A stretch of 64,000 nucleotides of DNA from an uncultured delta proteobacterium (GTDB lineage Bacteria > Myxococcota_A > Polyangia > Polyangiales > Polyangiaceae). Shown one piece after another: positions 9,815-19,225 of the stretch. Each line of letters begins with the position of its first letter. The first letter of the stretch is position 1. The notes under the pieces are model-generated. The model ran no database searches, had not been told where the DNA came from, and saw nothing but the letters and a program-made list of their open reading frames with translations. The translations under genes were made by a program, and so were the position numbers. The DNA is taken from the NCBI GenBank assembly GCA_963850305.1, contig CAWKKR010000011.1:224001-288000 (forward strand), read 5' to 3'.

Positions 9815-11046
9815 GTGATCCCTCGGCTGCCGGTCGGCTCCAAACCGAGCGCGAGCGCAGCGGACACGAGGGTGATGCCCGCGAGGCATCGGAAGCCGAG
9901 CGCGTAACCCCCGACGTCGAGCAAGCGCCCGAGCACTTCTCCGGAGAGGATGCCGGCGACGTAGCCCACGGCGTCGATCAGCGCTGCCGCCGTCGCGGCC
10001 GCGCTCACCCCGCCGGCCTCGACGGCGAGCACGCCGGCCAGCAAGCTGTACGGCCCGTACACCAAAAGCCCGACCGCGGCGATGAGCGGGACGCAGCGGC
10101 CCGGCGCCGTGCGGCCGACTTCGGGGAGAAGGGCGATGACGACCGCGAGGAGCGCGAGAACGACGGCGATGGAGAAGCGCCGCGCGCCCGGCGGGGTGCG
10201 GTCGTAGGCGACGCCGGTCACGAGGATGCTCACGGCGCCAGCGAGATCGAAGCCCGTCGATTGGAGCGCCGCCCTCGAGAGCGAGTGCGCTCCCATGGTC
10301 TCTATCGAAGCCAGAAAGTCCACGCTCCAGGTATTGAATGATTCCCGGACGAGAGTGAGCGAGAAGCTCAGCGCGCAGATCACAAGGAACGAGGGACGCG
10401 AGAGCAGCGAGCGGACGGAAGGCGTGCGGACACCGGCTGCTTCGACGTCGCGCGCGGTCCGAGGCCCCGCTCGCACCGACAGCGCCACGCCGATGGCGAT
10501 CGGGACGACGACGAGTGACGGCACGAACAGGATCGCCCGGAATCCACCGCCCTGATCGAGCACCGCGCGAGCGAGGAGCGTGGCGAAGACTCCCCCGAGC
10601 ACGTAACTCAGACTGAGAAAGGCGACGACCGAGCCCTGACTCTTGCCGTACCAGGTCGGGACGAGCTTCATCATCGACGGCCAGCCGCCCGCGCCGGCGT
10701 AGCGGTTCGCCGCGTAGGCGAACGTTAGCAAGAACAGAGTTGGGGATAGCGCGCCGAGTACGCCGAACCCCGCGACCACGAGAAGCGCCGCGACGAACCC
10801 CGCCCGCCCGCCGACCCGATCGACGACCGGTCCGAGCGTGAACTTGCCGAGCGCGTACGCGGCGGTCCCGACGCTCGCAACGCGGCCCACCTGGGCCCTG
10901 CTCGCGCCGAACGTCTGCTCGAGGAGCGGTACGGCGACGGAGAGGTTCTTCCGGCAAAGATAGATGCCGACGTAGCCGACCGCGAGCGCCGCGATCGTGG
11001 TCCTCGCGTCCCGCGGCGTCTCCTCGACGATCGAGTCCGCTCTCAT
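9811..11046 (-). CDS. MFS transporter (OPA/GlpT-UhpC-like)
   Basis: [29 protein letters not shown], about 12 TM segments. True start ATG 11046; the 822-aa ORF call is a read-through artefact. Confidence 0.85.
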   Translation of the reverse strand: MRADSIVEETPRDARTTIAALAVGYVGIYLCRKNLSVAVPLLEQTFGASRAQVGRVASVGTAAYALGKFTLGPVVDRVGGRAGFVAALLVVAGFGVLGALSPTLFLLTFAYAANRYAGAGGWPSMMKLVPTWYGKSQGSVVAFLSLSYVLGGVFATLLARAVLDQGGGFRAILFVPSLVVVPIAIGVALSVRAGPRTARDVEAAGVRTPSVRSLLSRPSFLVICALSFSLTLVRESFNTWSVDFLASIETMGAHSLSRAALQSTGFDLAGAVSILVTGVAYDRTPPGARRFSIAVVLALLAVVIALLPEVGRTAPGRCVPLIAAVGLLVYGPYSLLAGVLAVEAGGVSAAATAAALIDAVGYVAGILSGEVLGRLLDVGGYALGFRCLAGITLVSAALALGLEPTGSRGIT

Positions 11047-12279
11047 GCCACCCAGAACCAGAGCGCGAAGCGGGCGATGAAAAAGCCCTGGATCGTCGCG
11101 AAGGCAGCGATCGTGCAGGCCGTGAGCAGGGGTCGACGGCGGAGCACGACCGCCAGCGCCGCAAAGAGCGGAAAGATCACGACCAGGAACCGCGGCATGG
11201 ACTGGAGCGGTTGAAGGCGCGACGGAGTCATCAGCGGCAGAACGACGCCTGCGACGGCAAGCATTCCGTAGCTCGGGCGCAGGCGGAGAACCGCGACGAC
11301 CGCGAGCGCGATACCGCCGAGCGCGGCAAGAAGGTTGTAAGCGTGCGCCTCGAGGAACCCACCGGGATAGTCGGGAAGCCTCGGGAACCCGCCAGGGAGT
11401 GGTTCGAGATACGGCGGGTGCCCGGGCAAGAGCACGCGCACGCCGTCGATGAGGCCAACCCATGGCGGTTCGATGCGTCGCTCCCAGAACCGCTGAGCGC
11501 GGCTGAATGCCCACGGATCGCCGACGGCGTTCTTCAGGATGTGGAGCACGATCGGGAGAGCGAGCAGGGGCAAGAGAGCGCCCACGATGGCCACTGGCGG
11601 CGTCTTGAAGGCCGCCACGCGGCCTTCTCTCGACCACAGACCTTGCCATGTCGTCGACTCGGGTTCCGCATGCCTCGCGACGCCGGACATCCACGCTTCG
11701 ACGAGGAGCGCCGGGACGAGCGCGAACCCGGTCCATCGGGTGAGTGTCGCGACGAGCGCCGCGAGGCCGGCCGAGATCCACCAACCGCGCCGGGCGGCGG
11801 CGAACGAGCCCACGGTGAACATCAGGAAGATCGATTCCGTGTAGGCCGCGTGGAAGTAGAAGGCCGTCGGAAACGTCACGAGCAGCACGGCGGCCATCGC
11901 CGAGTCTTCGGAGCCGAGATCCTCGCGGAGCAGCCGGACGAGGATCGAAGAGCGTCACGGCGAGCGCCACCCACGAGATGGCGCACGCGGTGACGAGGAG
12001 ATCTCCCCCGAACACGGGCGAGAAGAAGCGAATCGTCCACGGATACACGGGCAGGAACGCGGTCGAGGCATCGTCCGCGAAGTAGCCGAGATGGGCGATC
12101 CTGAGGAACCATTGACCGTCCCAGTGTTGCCAGGGGTCGAACAGCAGGCGCCCGAGGCCCGAGTGGACCGCCGGGAAGTACGCAGGGACGGGGAGCGCGT
12201 GAAACTCGAACATCGTGAGGATCGCGTAGCCGCCGACGAACGCCGGCAAGAGCCATGCGAGCGCATAAATGCCGCTCAC
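11043..12279 (-). CDS. PIG-V-like (Mannosyl_trans2) membrane glycosyltransferase; 1-nt indel near 11945
   Basis: [44 protein letters not shown]. Confidence 0.8.
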
Positions 12280-12321
12280 GGTCGCGAGGAGCTTCGGGGG
12301 CGGCGCTTCTTGGCGGCTCGC

Positions 12322-14589
12322 TCAAGGCGACGCCTCGAAGACGAAGCCGCTCGCGTCGAACCGGATGCGGATCGTCACGCCGGCGTCCACGCCTCGGCCG
12401 AGGAGCCGCTCCGCGAGTGGATCCTGGACCTCCTTCAAGATGGCGCGCCTCAGCGGTCGGGCGCCGAGCGCGGGATGATAGCCGAGCTCGACGAGACGAT
12501 CGCGGGCCGAGTCGTCGAGCTCTATCTTCACGCCGCGCGGGGCGAGCAAGGACCGTACGCGGTCGAGCTGAATGTCGACGATCTTCGAGAGGTCCTCTCG
12601 GGCGAGCGGACGGAAGACGATCACGTCATCGATGCGGTTGAGAAACTCCGGTCTGAAGAACTTGCCGAGTTGATCGAGGAGCACGTCTCGAAGGGCTTCA
12701 CGCCCCTCGGCGGTATCGAAGAGTCTTCCGTCGGCGTCGAGGATGCGCTCGGAGCCGATGTTGCTGGTCAGGATGACGACGGTGTTCGTGAAGTCCGCCT
12801 GTCGACCGCGTCCGTCCGTCAGACGACCGTCGTCCAGGACCTGGAGAAGGAGATTGAAGACGTCCTGGTGCGCCTTCTCCACCTCGTCGAAGAGGAGGAC
12901 CGAGTACGGGCGTCGCCGCACGGCTTCGGTCAAGAAGCCGCCTTGCTCGCTGTCTGCGTATCCCGGCGGGGAGCCGAGCAACCGCTGCGCCATGTGACGC
13001 TCCATGAACTCGCTCATGTCGAGGCGGGTCAGCGCCGCCTCGTCGTCGAACAGGAACTCGGCGAGGGCCTTCGCGAGCTCGGTCTTGCCGACGCCGCTCG
13101 GGCCGAGGAACAGAAACGAGCCGATGGGCCGCTTCGGGTCGCGCAGCCCGACGCGGCCGCGACGGACGGCGCGTGCGAGCGCGCGAACGCCTTCCGACTG
13201 TCCCACGACGCGACGCTCGAGTCGCTCCTCCATCCTGAGCAGCTTGTCCGCCTCGCCCTCGAGCATCTTCGCGACGGGGATCCCCGTCCATCGACCGAGC
13301 ACGGCGGCGACCTGGTCCTCGCCGAGCTCCAGCATCGTCGTTGCTTCGCCGGCCGCGGGCGTGCTTCCGTGGACACCGTCGGTCTCGACGCGCAGCGCTG
13401 CGGCCGATTCGTCGAGCAGATCGACGGCACCGTCCGGCAAGAGCCGCTCCGGCAAATACCGCTTCGCGAGGGTCGCGGCGGACACGATGGCGCCGTCCGC
13501 AATGTGCACGCGGTGGTGCGCCTCGAGACGCCGGGCAACGCCGCGCAGGATCTCGATGGCCAGCTCGAGGGACGGTTCGGCCACCTCGAGGACGGAGAAT
13601 GACCGCGCGAGAGCAGGATCGCGCTCGTTGAGGCGACGGAGTCCCTCCGGGCTCGTCGTGGCGAGCAAGCGGAGGTCGCCGCGCGCAAGAGCCGGGCGCA
13701 GCGCGTCGCCGACCACGTTCCCCGACGCCCCCTGTCCGAAGAGTTGTTCGATGCCGAAGATGCAGAGGATGGGTTCGTCCTCGCCCCCGGTGGCTTCGAG
13801 GAGCTTGCGGACACGCGCGTCGATCTCCGACCTCGGGCGAGAGAACGCTGCGAGCGAACCCGCGTCCACCTCGAGCAAGCGAGCGCGCGCGAGACTCGTC
13901 GGGACGTGTCCGGCTGCGAGTCTCTTCGCGAGCCCGCGAACGATGGCGCGCTTGCCGATGCCAGGCTCTCCCACGAGGAGCGGGTGGAATTTGTCGCGAC
14001 GCGAGAGGATCGTGACGAGACGCCGGACCTCGGCGTCTCGACCGATCACGGGATCGTCGCTTCCGTCCCGGGCGGCCTGCACGAGGTCACGGATCTCGAA
14101 ACCAGACGCATCGAGGAAACTGGATGGCCCTTTGGGCGCGGCGCGAGCCGCCGCGAGATGCGGCCTCAGTCCGCCCGGCTCGACGCCGAAGGTGGACAAG
14201 ATCTCGCCCGCGGCTCCTCGAATCTCCTGGGAGAGCGCGTTGAGAAGATGATCGACTCGAACCTCGCCGGCGCGCTCGCGGTCCGCGTCGCGATCCGCGC
14301 GGCCGAGCAGGTCCAGGAATCGCGTGGACAGATACGCGGGTCCGGCGGCGCGCGGGGTTCCGGCGAGCGCGCGCTCGACCGCGGTACCCATGTCCGCGAT
14401 GCTGGCTCCGGCGCGACGCAGCGCTTCCGCAACCCCAGGGTATCGCTCGAGCCCGCGAGCCAGGAGGTGGAGCGGCGACACCTCGGCGTGACCCCGTTCG
14501 TCGGCGAGCGACTGCGCTGCGACGACCCAGCCCCGCGCATCCGGCGCGTAGCGATCGAGCGACAAGGTCGCGGACTTTTCCTTGCCCAT
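12322..14589 (-). CDS. Hsp100/ClpB-like AAA+ protein with degenerate NBD1 and no middle coiled-coil
   Basis: Clp_N repeats and DPVIGRD; intact NBD2 (GPSGVGKT, PPGY, FDEVEKAH, RPEFLNRID, GARPL). Start assigned to ATG 14589. Confidence 0.85.
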   Translation of the reverse strand: MGKEKSATLSLDRYAPDARGWVVAAQSLADERGHAEVSPLHLLARGLERYPGVAEALRRAGASIADMGTAVERALAGTPRAAGPAYLSTRFLDLLGRADRDADRERAGEVRVDHLLNALSQEIRGAAGEILSTFGVEPGGLRPHLAAARAAPKGPSSFLDASGFEIRDLVQAARDGSDDPVIGRDAEVRRLVTILSRRDKFHPLLVGEPGIGKRAIVRGLAKRLAAGHVPTSLARARLLEVDAGSLAAFSRPRSEIDARVRKLLEATGGEDEPILCIFGIEQLFGQGASGNVVGDALRPALARGDLRLLATTSPEGLRRLNERDPALARSFSVLEVAEPSLELAIEILRGVARRLEAHHRVHIADGAIVSAATLAKRYLPERLLPDGAVDLLDESAAALRVETDGVHGSTPAAGEATTMLELGEDQVAAVLGRWTGIPVAKMLEGEADKLLRMEERLERRVVGQSEGVRALARAVRRGRVGLRDPKRPIGSFLFLGPSGVGKTELAKALAEFLFDDEAALTRLDMSEFMERHMAQRLLGSPPGYADSEQGGFLTEAVRRRPYSVLLFDEVEKAHQDVFNLLLQVLDDGRLTDGRGRQADFTNTVVILTSNIGSERILDADGRLFDTAEGREALRDVLLDQLGKFFRPEFLNRIDDVIVFRPLAREDLSKIVDIQLDRVRSLLAPRGVKIELDDSARDRLVELGYHPALGARPLRRAILKEVQDPLAERLLGRGVDAGVTIRIRFDASGFVFEASP

Positions 14590-14740
14590 CTTCGTGTAGC
14601 CGAGCGTAGTGCGCTTTGTGCTCCCGTGGAACCTGGAGGTCGTCACCCCATCCAGGTAGTGCGAGGCCGCGCGAGTCCGGGTGTATGAGTCGCACCAACA
14701 AAAACAACCCAAAGCATCGTGTCCGGGTAGCATCGGCCGG

Positions 14741-15700
14741 ATGCTCTCGGAGCTGCCCACGTGGTTTCTCACCGGAGTCGCCGTCTCGCTCGGACTGATT
14801 CTCGGGAGCTTCCTCAACGTCGTCATTCACCGCCTGCCGCGCGGCGAGAGCGTCGCGTATCCGGCGTCGCGTTGTCCCGCGTGCGGCGCGCCCATCCGCG
14901 CCTATGACAACATTCCGGTTCTCTCGTGGCTGCTCCTCCTCGGCAGGGCTCGCTGTTGCAAGGCAAAGATCTCGCCGCGCTATCCGTTGATAGAGTTCCT
15001 GGGAGGCATGTGCGCCTGGGCGGTGATGAGAAAGGTCCTCGAAGATTCACCGCCGAATGTGTCCATGGGAGCAGCCGTTGCTCTCTTCGCATCGTATCTC
15101 GCGCTCTGCCTGGGCCTGCTCGCCGGCATCTTCATCGATCTCGAGTTCATGCTCCTGCCGGACGAGATCACCGTCGGCGGAACGGCGCTCGGATTCGCGA
15201 CATCGTTCTTTCGACATTTGCCGTGGAAGGAGTCGCTCATCGGGGCAGCCGTCGGCTTCCTCGTCGCGTGGCTGCCGTTCGACGTGCTCTACCGTCGTGT
15301 TCGGGGCCATCCAGGCATGGGGCTCGGCGACGCGAAGCTGCTGATGCTGGCAGGCGCGTGGTTCGGGTGGGTCGGCGCGCTCTTTGCCCTTCTCGCTGGC
15401 GCCGTGCAAGGGACCATCGTGGCGCTCGCCGTGCTGCTGGCCAAGGGACGCATCGACGAACCGGCGGCCGTGCGCGAGGAGCGCGAGCGGCTCCGTCAGC
15501 ACCTGTCGACCCTGGAGCCAGAGGAGCGGCAGCGCCTCGAAGAGGAGCTCGCGAAGGATCCGCTGGGTACCGAGCCCGATCCGGGCATCGGCAAGGCTCG
15601 GCTTCCGTTCGGCCCGTTTCTCGCCATCGCGACGATCGAGTACCTATTCTTCGGCGACGCGCTCGTGAACGCGTATCTCTGGATGTTATGGAGTCGGTGA
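14741..15700 (+). CDS. pilD: Prepilin peptidase / N-methyltransferase
   Basis: GSFLNVVIHRLP, SRCPAC, NIPVLSWL..LGR.RCC, SPRYPLIE, IDL...LLPD, GMGLGDAKL, PFGPFL. Confidence 0.92.
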   Translation: MLSELPTWFLTGVAVSLGLILGSFLNVVIHRLPRGESVAYPASRCPACGAPIRAYDNIPVLSWLLLLGRARCCKAKISPRYPLIEFLGGMCAWAVMRKVLEDSPPNVSMGAAVALFASYLALCLGLLAGIFIDLEFMLLPDEITVGGTALGFATSFFRHLPWKESLIGAAVGFLVAWLPFDVLYRRVRGHPGMGLGDAKLLMLAGAWFGWVGALFALLAGAVQGTIVALAVLLAKGRIDEPAAVREERERLRQHLSTLEPEERQRLEEELAKDPLGTEPDPGIGKARLPFGPFLAIATIEYLFFGDALVNAYLWMLWSR

Positions 15701-16119
15701 AGGCATTCGGCCGCGCCGGTGCGGTGCTCCTGGTCGTCGTCGGGTGCGGGTCGACGCTCCGGTTGGTCCCGACGGGGCCGCACTCGGAAAAGGACGTTCC
15801 GCCCGTCGTCGTCGGTTCTCCACCACCGCCAGCGAGAGTCGAGACGATCGGCGCGGACCCGGGACGTGCGTGCGCGTGGCTGGACGGTCGATGGGAGTGG
15901 GTCGACCAGACATGGCAGTGGGTGCCGGGCGGATGGGTGGTCCCGCCCGCCGATTGCTACTTTGCGCCGCCCGAGGCGCGCTGGGTTCCGGCCGCCGGCG
16001 TGGGACTGCTGTTCTATCTCCCGGGGCGATGGTATCCGAAGATCGGAAACGCCGCGTGCGAGGCAGCCAAAGCGTGCGAACCCGCGGCGCCCTCCGCACC
16101 GAAGACTCCGAAAACATGA
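15697..16119 (+). CDS. Lipoprotein with WxxGxW (YXWGXW-type) repeats
   Basis: VVVGC lipobox, PPPPARVE, WLDGRWEW..WQWVPGGW. Confidence 0.65.
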   Translation: MKAFGRAGAVLLVVVGCGSTLRLVPTGPHSEKDVPPVVVGSPPPPARVETIGADPGRACAWLDGRWEWVDQTWQWVPGGWVVPPADCYFAPPEARWVPAAGVGLLFYLPGRWYPKIGNAACEAAKACEPAAPSAPKTPKT

Positions 16120-17507
16120 CGAACCACATCTATCGCGAGTACGACATCCGCGGCGTCGCGGATCGAGATTTGACCACTCCGACGGTCAAGAACATCGGAC
16201 TTGGCCTCGGCATCCTGCTTCGCCCGAACGAGAAGGCGAGCGGGCCCTTCCGCGTCGCGGTCGGACGCGATTGCCGCCTCTCCGGCCCCCGGATCATCGG
16301 CGACCTGATCGCGGGGCTCCGGGAAGCCGGCGCGAACGTCGTCGACATCGGCGTCGGCCCCACGCCTTATCTGTACTTTGCCGCCCACCACCTCGGCACG
16401 GACGGCAGCGTGATGGTCACGGGAAGCCACAACCCCGCCGACGAGAACGGGCTCAAGATCATGCGCGGAAAGGCTTCCTTCTTCGGGGAAGACATTCAGC
16501 GCCTGCGCAAGCTGGTCGAGAGCAAAACCTTCGGTCCCGCGTCGGAGGGAACCTTCGAACGGGTGGACTTGCAAGACGCGTACGTCGCGGCGCTGACGGA
16601 TTCCGTCGAGATGCGCGATCCGTCCATCAAGGTCGTGATCGACGCGGGCAACGGCGCCGCGGGTCCACTCGCCGTGCGTGCGCTGACGCGCGTGGGACTG
16701 TCCCCGGTAGCTCTCTTTTGCGACATGGACGGCACGTTTCCGAACCACCACCCCGACCCGACAGTGCCGAAGAATCTGTCGACGTTGATCGCGCGGGTGA
16801 AGGAGATCGGCGCGCTGATCGGGATCGCGTTCGATGGCGACGGCGATCGCCTCGGCGTGGTCGATGCCGACGGGGAGCCGGTGTGGGGCGACAAGCTGCT
16901 CGCTCTGTTCGCTCGCGACGTACTGAAGCAGCATCCCGGCGCGACGGTCATCGGTGAGGTGAAGTGCTCGCAGACGCTCTTCGACGATGTGGCACGATGC
17001 GGCGGTCGTCCGCTGATGTGGAAGACGGGGCACTCGAACATCAAGACCAAGATGAAACAGGAGCACGCTCTCCTCGCCGGCGAGATGAGCGGGCACTTCT
17101 TCTTCGCCGATCGTTACTTCGGCTACGACGACGGGATCTACGCCGCGCTCCGCGTGCTCGAGATCGTTTCGCGCGAACGAAAGCCGGTGACCGAACTGCT
17201 CTCGGACTTGCCGAAGACGTGCTCGACGCCGGAAATCCGGGTGGAGTGTTCCGACGATACGAAGATGTCCGTCGTGAAAGCGGTGCGCGACCACTTCCAC
17301 TCCCACTACGAGACGAGCGAGATCGACGGCGTTCGGATCCGGTACCCGGATGGCGCGTGGGCGCTCGTCCGGGCATCGAATACCGGACCCATCATCGTCC
17401 TGCGGTTCGAAGCTCCCACCGAGCAACGGCTCACGGAGGTGCGGGGCCAGGTGGAACGCGTGCTATCGGAGGTCCACGGAGATCTCGGGGGCGGCGCTGG
17501 GCACTGA
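16116..17507 (+). CDS. Phosphomannomutase/phosphoglucomutase (AlgC type)
   Basis: REYDIRG, TGSHNP, FDGDGDR, GEMSGH, VRASNT. Confidence 0.95.
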   Translation: MTNHIYREYDIRGVADRDLTTPTVKNIGLGLGILLRPNEKASGPFRVAVGRDCRLSGPRIIGDLIAGLREAGANVVDIGVGPTPYLYFAAHHLGTDGSVMVTGSHNPADENGLKIMRGKASFFGEDIQRLRKLVESKTFGPASEGTFERVDLQDAYVAALTDSVEMRDPSIKVVIDAGNGAAGPLAVRALTRVGLSPVALFCDMDGTFPNHHPDPTVPKNLSTLIARVKEIGALIGIAFDGDGDRLGVVDADGEPVWGDKLLALFARDVLKQHPGATVIGEVKCSQTLFDDVARCGGRPLMWKTGHSNIKTKMKQEHALLAGEMSGHFFFADRYFGYDDGIYAALRVLEIVSRERKPVTELLSDLPKTCSTPEIRVECSDDTKMSVVKAVRDHFHSHYETSEIDGVRIRYPDGAWALVRASNTGPIIVLRFEAPTEQRLTEVRGQVERVLSEVHGDLGGGAGH

Positions 17508-18402
17508 GGCCAAACATCCGAGCGTCGCGGCCGAGCCGGAGGCCGCGGACTGGACGGTGTCGAAGGTGCTCACCTGGGCCACCGACGACTTTCGTCGACG
17601 CGGCCTCGACTCGCCGCGACTCGATGCGGAACTGCTGCTCGCGCGCGTCCTCGAGGTCGATCGCCTGCGGCTCATCCTGGACGCGCATCGAGCGCTGGAG
17701 TCGCGCGACCTTTCGCGATACCGAGAGCTCATCCAGCGGAGGCGCAGGGCCGAACCCGTCGCGTATATCCTCGGCGAGCGGGAATTTCACGGACTCCCGA
17801 TGCGGGTCGATCGCCGGGTGCTCGTACCACGCCCGGACACCGAGACGCTCGTCGAGGTCGCACTGGAACGGACGCGGGCGCGGCACCTTCACGGCGAGGC
17901 CGTCGACCTGTGTACGGGGTCCGGCTGTGTTGCGATCGCGGTCGCACGACGCCGCCCGACGTGGAAAATGACGGGCGCCGATGTGTCGCCCGAGGCGATC
18001 GCAGTCGCGCGCGAAAACGCGGAGCGCCTCGGCGCCGTCTGGGGCGTGAACTTCGTCGTGTCGGACCTCGACGTCGCGCTCGACGAAAGCGCACGGTTCG
18101 ATCTCGTGACTGCGAATCCGCCATACATCCCGAGCGCCGACATCGCTGGACTCCCCGCCGATGTGAAGGACCATGAACCGCGACTCGCACTCGACGGCGG
18201 ACCCGACGGGCTCACCATCGTCCGGCGCGTCGTGGAGGCCGCACGGAGACGCTTGCGCAAGGGCGGGACCCTCGCACTCGAGGTGGGCCACGATCAAGCC
18301 GAACGGGTTGCCGCACTGGTCGCATCGGCCGGATTTTCCGACCTGGCCCGCCGTCGCGACTACGGGGGGAACGAGCGGGTCGTGAGCGGACGACGAGACT
18401 GA
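17497..18402 (+). CDS. prmC: Release factor glutamine methyltransferase (start uncertain)
   Basis: RLDAELLL, EPVAYILG..EF, LVPRPDTE, DLCTGSGC, NPPY, EP.LALDGG.DGL. Confidence 0.93.
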   Translation: MGTEAKHPSVAAEPEAADWTVSKVLTWATDDFRRRGLDSPRLDAELLLARVLEVDRLRLILDAHRALESRDLSRYRELIQRRRRAEPVAYILGEREFHGLPMRVDRRVLVPRPDTETLVEVALERTRARHLHGEAVDLCTGSGCVAIAVARRRPTWKMTGADVSPEAIAVARENAERLGAVWGVNFVVSDLDVALDESARFDLVTANPPYIPSADIAGLPADVKDHEPRLALDGGPDGLTIVRRVVEAARRRLRKGGTLALEVGHDQAERVAALVASAGFSDLARRRDYGGNERVVSGRRD

Positions 18403-18508
18403 CGGCGCCGTTCTCCACGCACCCCGCCGGGGCGGCTCGGACGGGGCACGGTCCGTGAGAGGCCGCCTTCTGTGGCATGATTGACGACGGCCGTGTTACG
18501 AAGCTGGA

Positions 18509-19198
18509 GTGAACGACCTGCTGCCGACGCTCGCCCTTGGGTTCGTCCTCGGGATACGACACGCGACGGACGCGGACCACGTTGTGGCCGTGACGACCGT
18601 GGTGAGTCGCGAACGCACCCAGAGAGCCGCGATTGCCATCGGGGCCGTGTGGGGGATGGGTCATACGGCGACAATCCTGGCGGTCGGCAGCGCGATCGTC
18701 ATCTTCGGCCTCGTGGTTCCGCCGCGCGTCGGGCTGTCGCTCGAGATGTGCGTCGCGGTGATGCTGATGATACTCGGAGCGACGAATCTGTTCGGCGCTC
18801 GTCGACGTGCCGAGACGCACGACCACGGCCCTCCCGGGCACCATGAAGGGTCGCATCATGGGCTTCGAGGCATGGCTCGGCCGTTCGTCGTGGGGCTGGT
18901 TCACGGTCTCGCTGGCTCGGCCGCCGTCGCGTTGCTCGTGCTCGCCACCATCCGTTCACCCGGATGGGCTGCGCTCTACCTGGGGATCTTCGGCCTCGGG
19001 ACGATCCTCGGCATGATGATTCTGACCAGCCTCATGGCCACTCCGATCCTCATCGCGTCGAAGCGCTTCACGTCGGTGGACCGCGTCCTGTCGCGCGTGA
19101 CGGGCCTCATCAGCATGGCCTTCGGGCTCTTCCTCGCTTACCGGATCGGGATCATGGACGGCCTTCTGTTCGGCACGCCAATGTGGATCCCCAGCTGA
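18509..19198 (+). CDS. Nickel/cobalt permease (NiCoT/UreH-like)
   Basis: GIRHATDADH, WGMGH, His-rich loop, GLVHGLAGSA. Confidence 0.85.
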   Translation: MNDLLPTLALGFVLGIRHATDADHVVAVTTVVSRERTQRAAIAIGAVWGMGHTATILAVGSAIVIFGLVVPPRVGLSLEMCVAVMLMILGATNLFGARRRAETHDHGPPGHHEGSHHGLRGMARPFVVGLVHGLAGSAAVALLVLATIRSPGWAALYLGIFGLGTILGMMILTSLMATPILIASKRFTSVDRVLSRVTGLISMAFGLFLAYRIGIMDGLLFGTPMWIPS

Positions 19199-19225
19199 CG
19201 GCTCTGGGCCCCCGACGAACTGACG

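Noticed and set aside
18472..18502. NikR-like operator upstream of the Ni permease (GTGTTAC)
   Set aside because: No convincing second half-site; better explained as an extended -10 just before the GTG.
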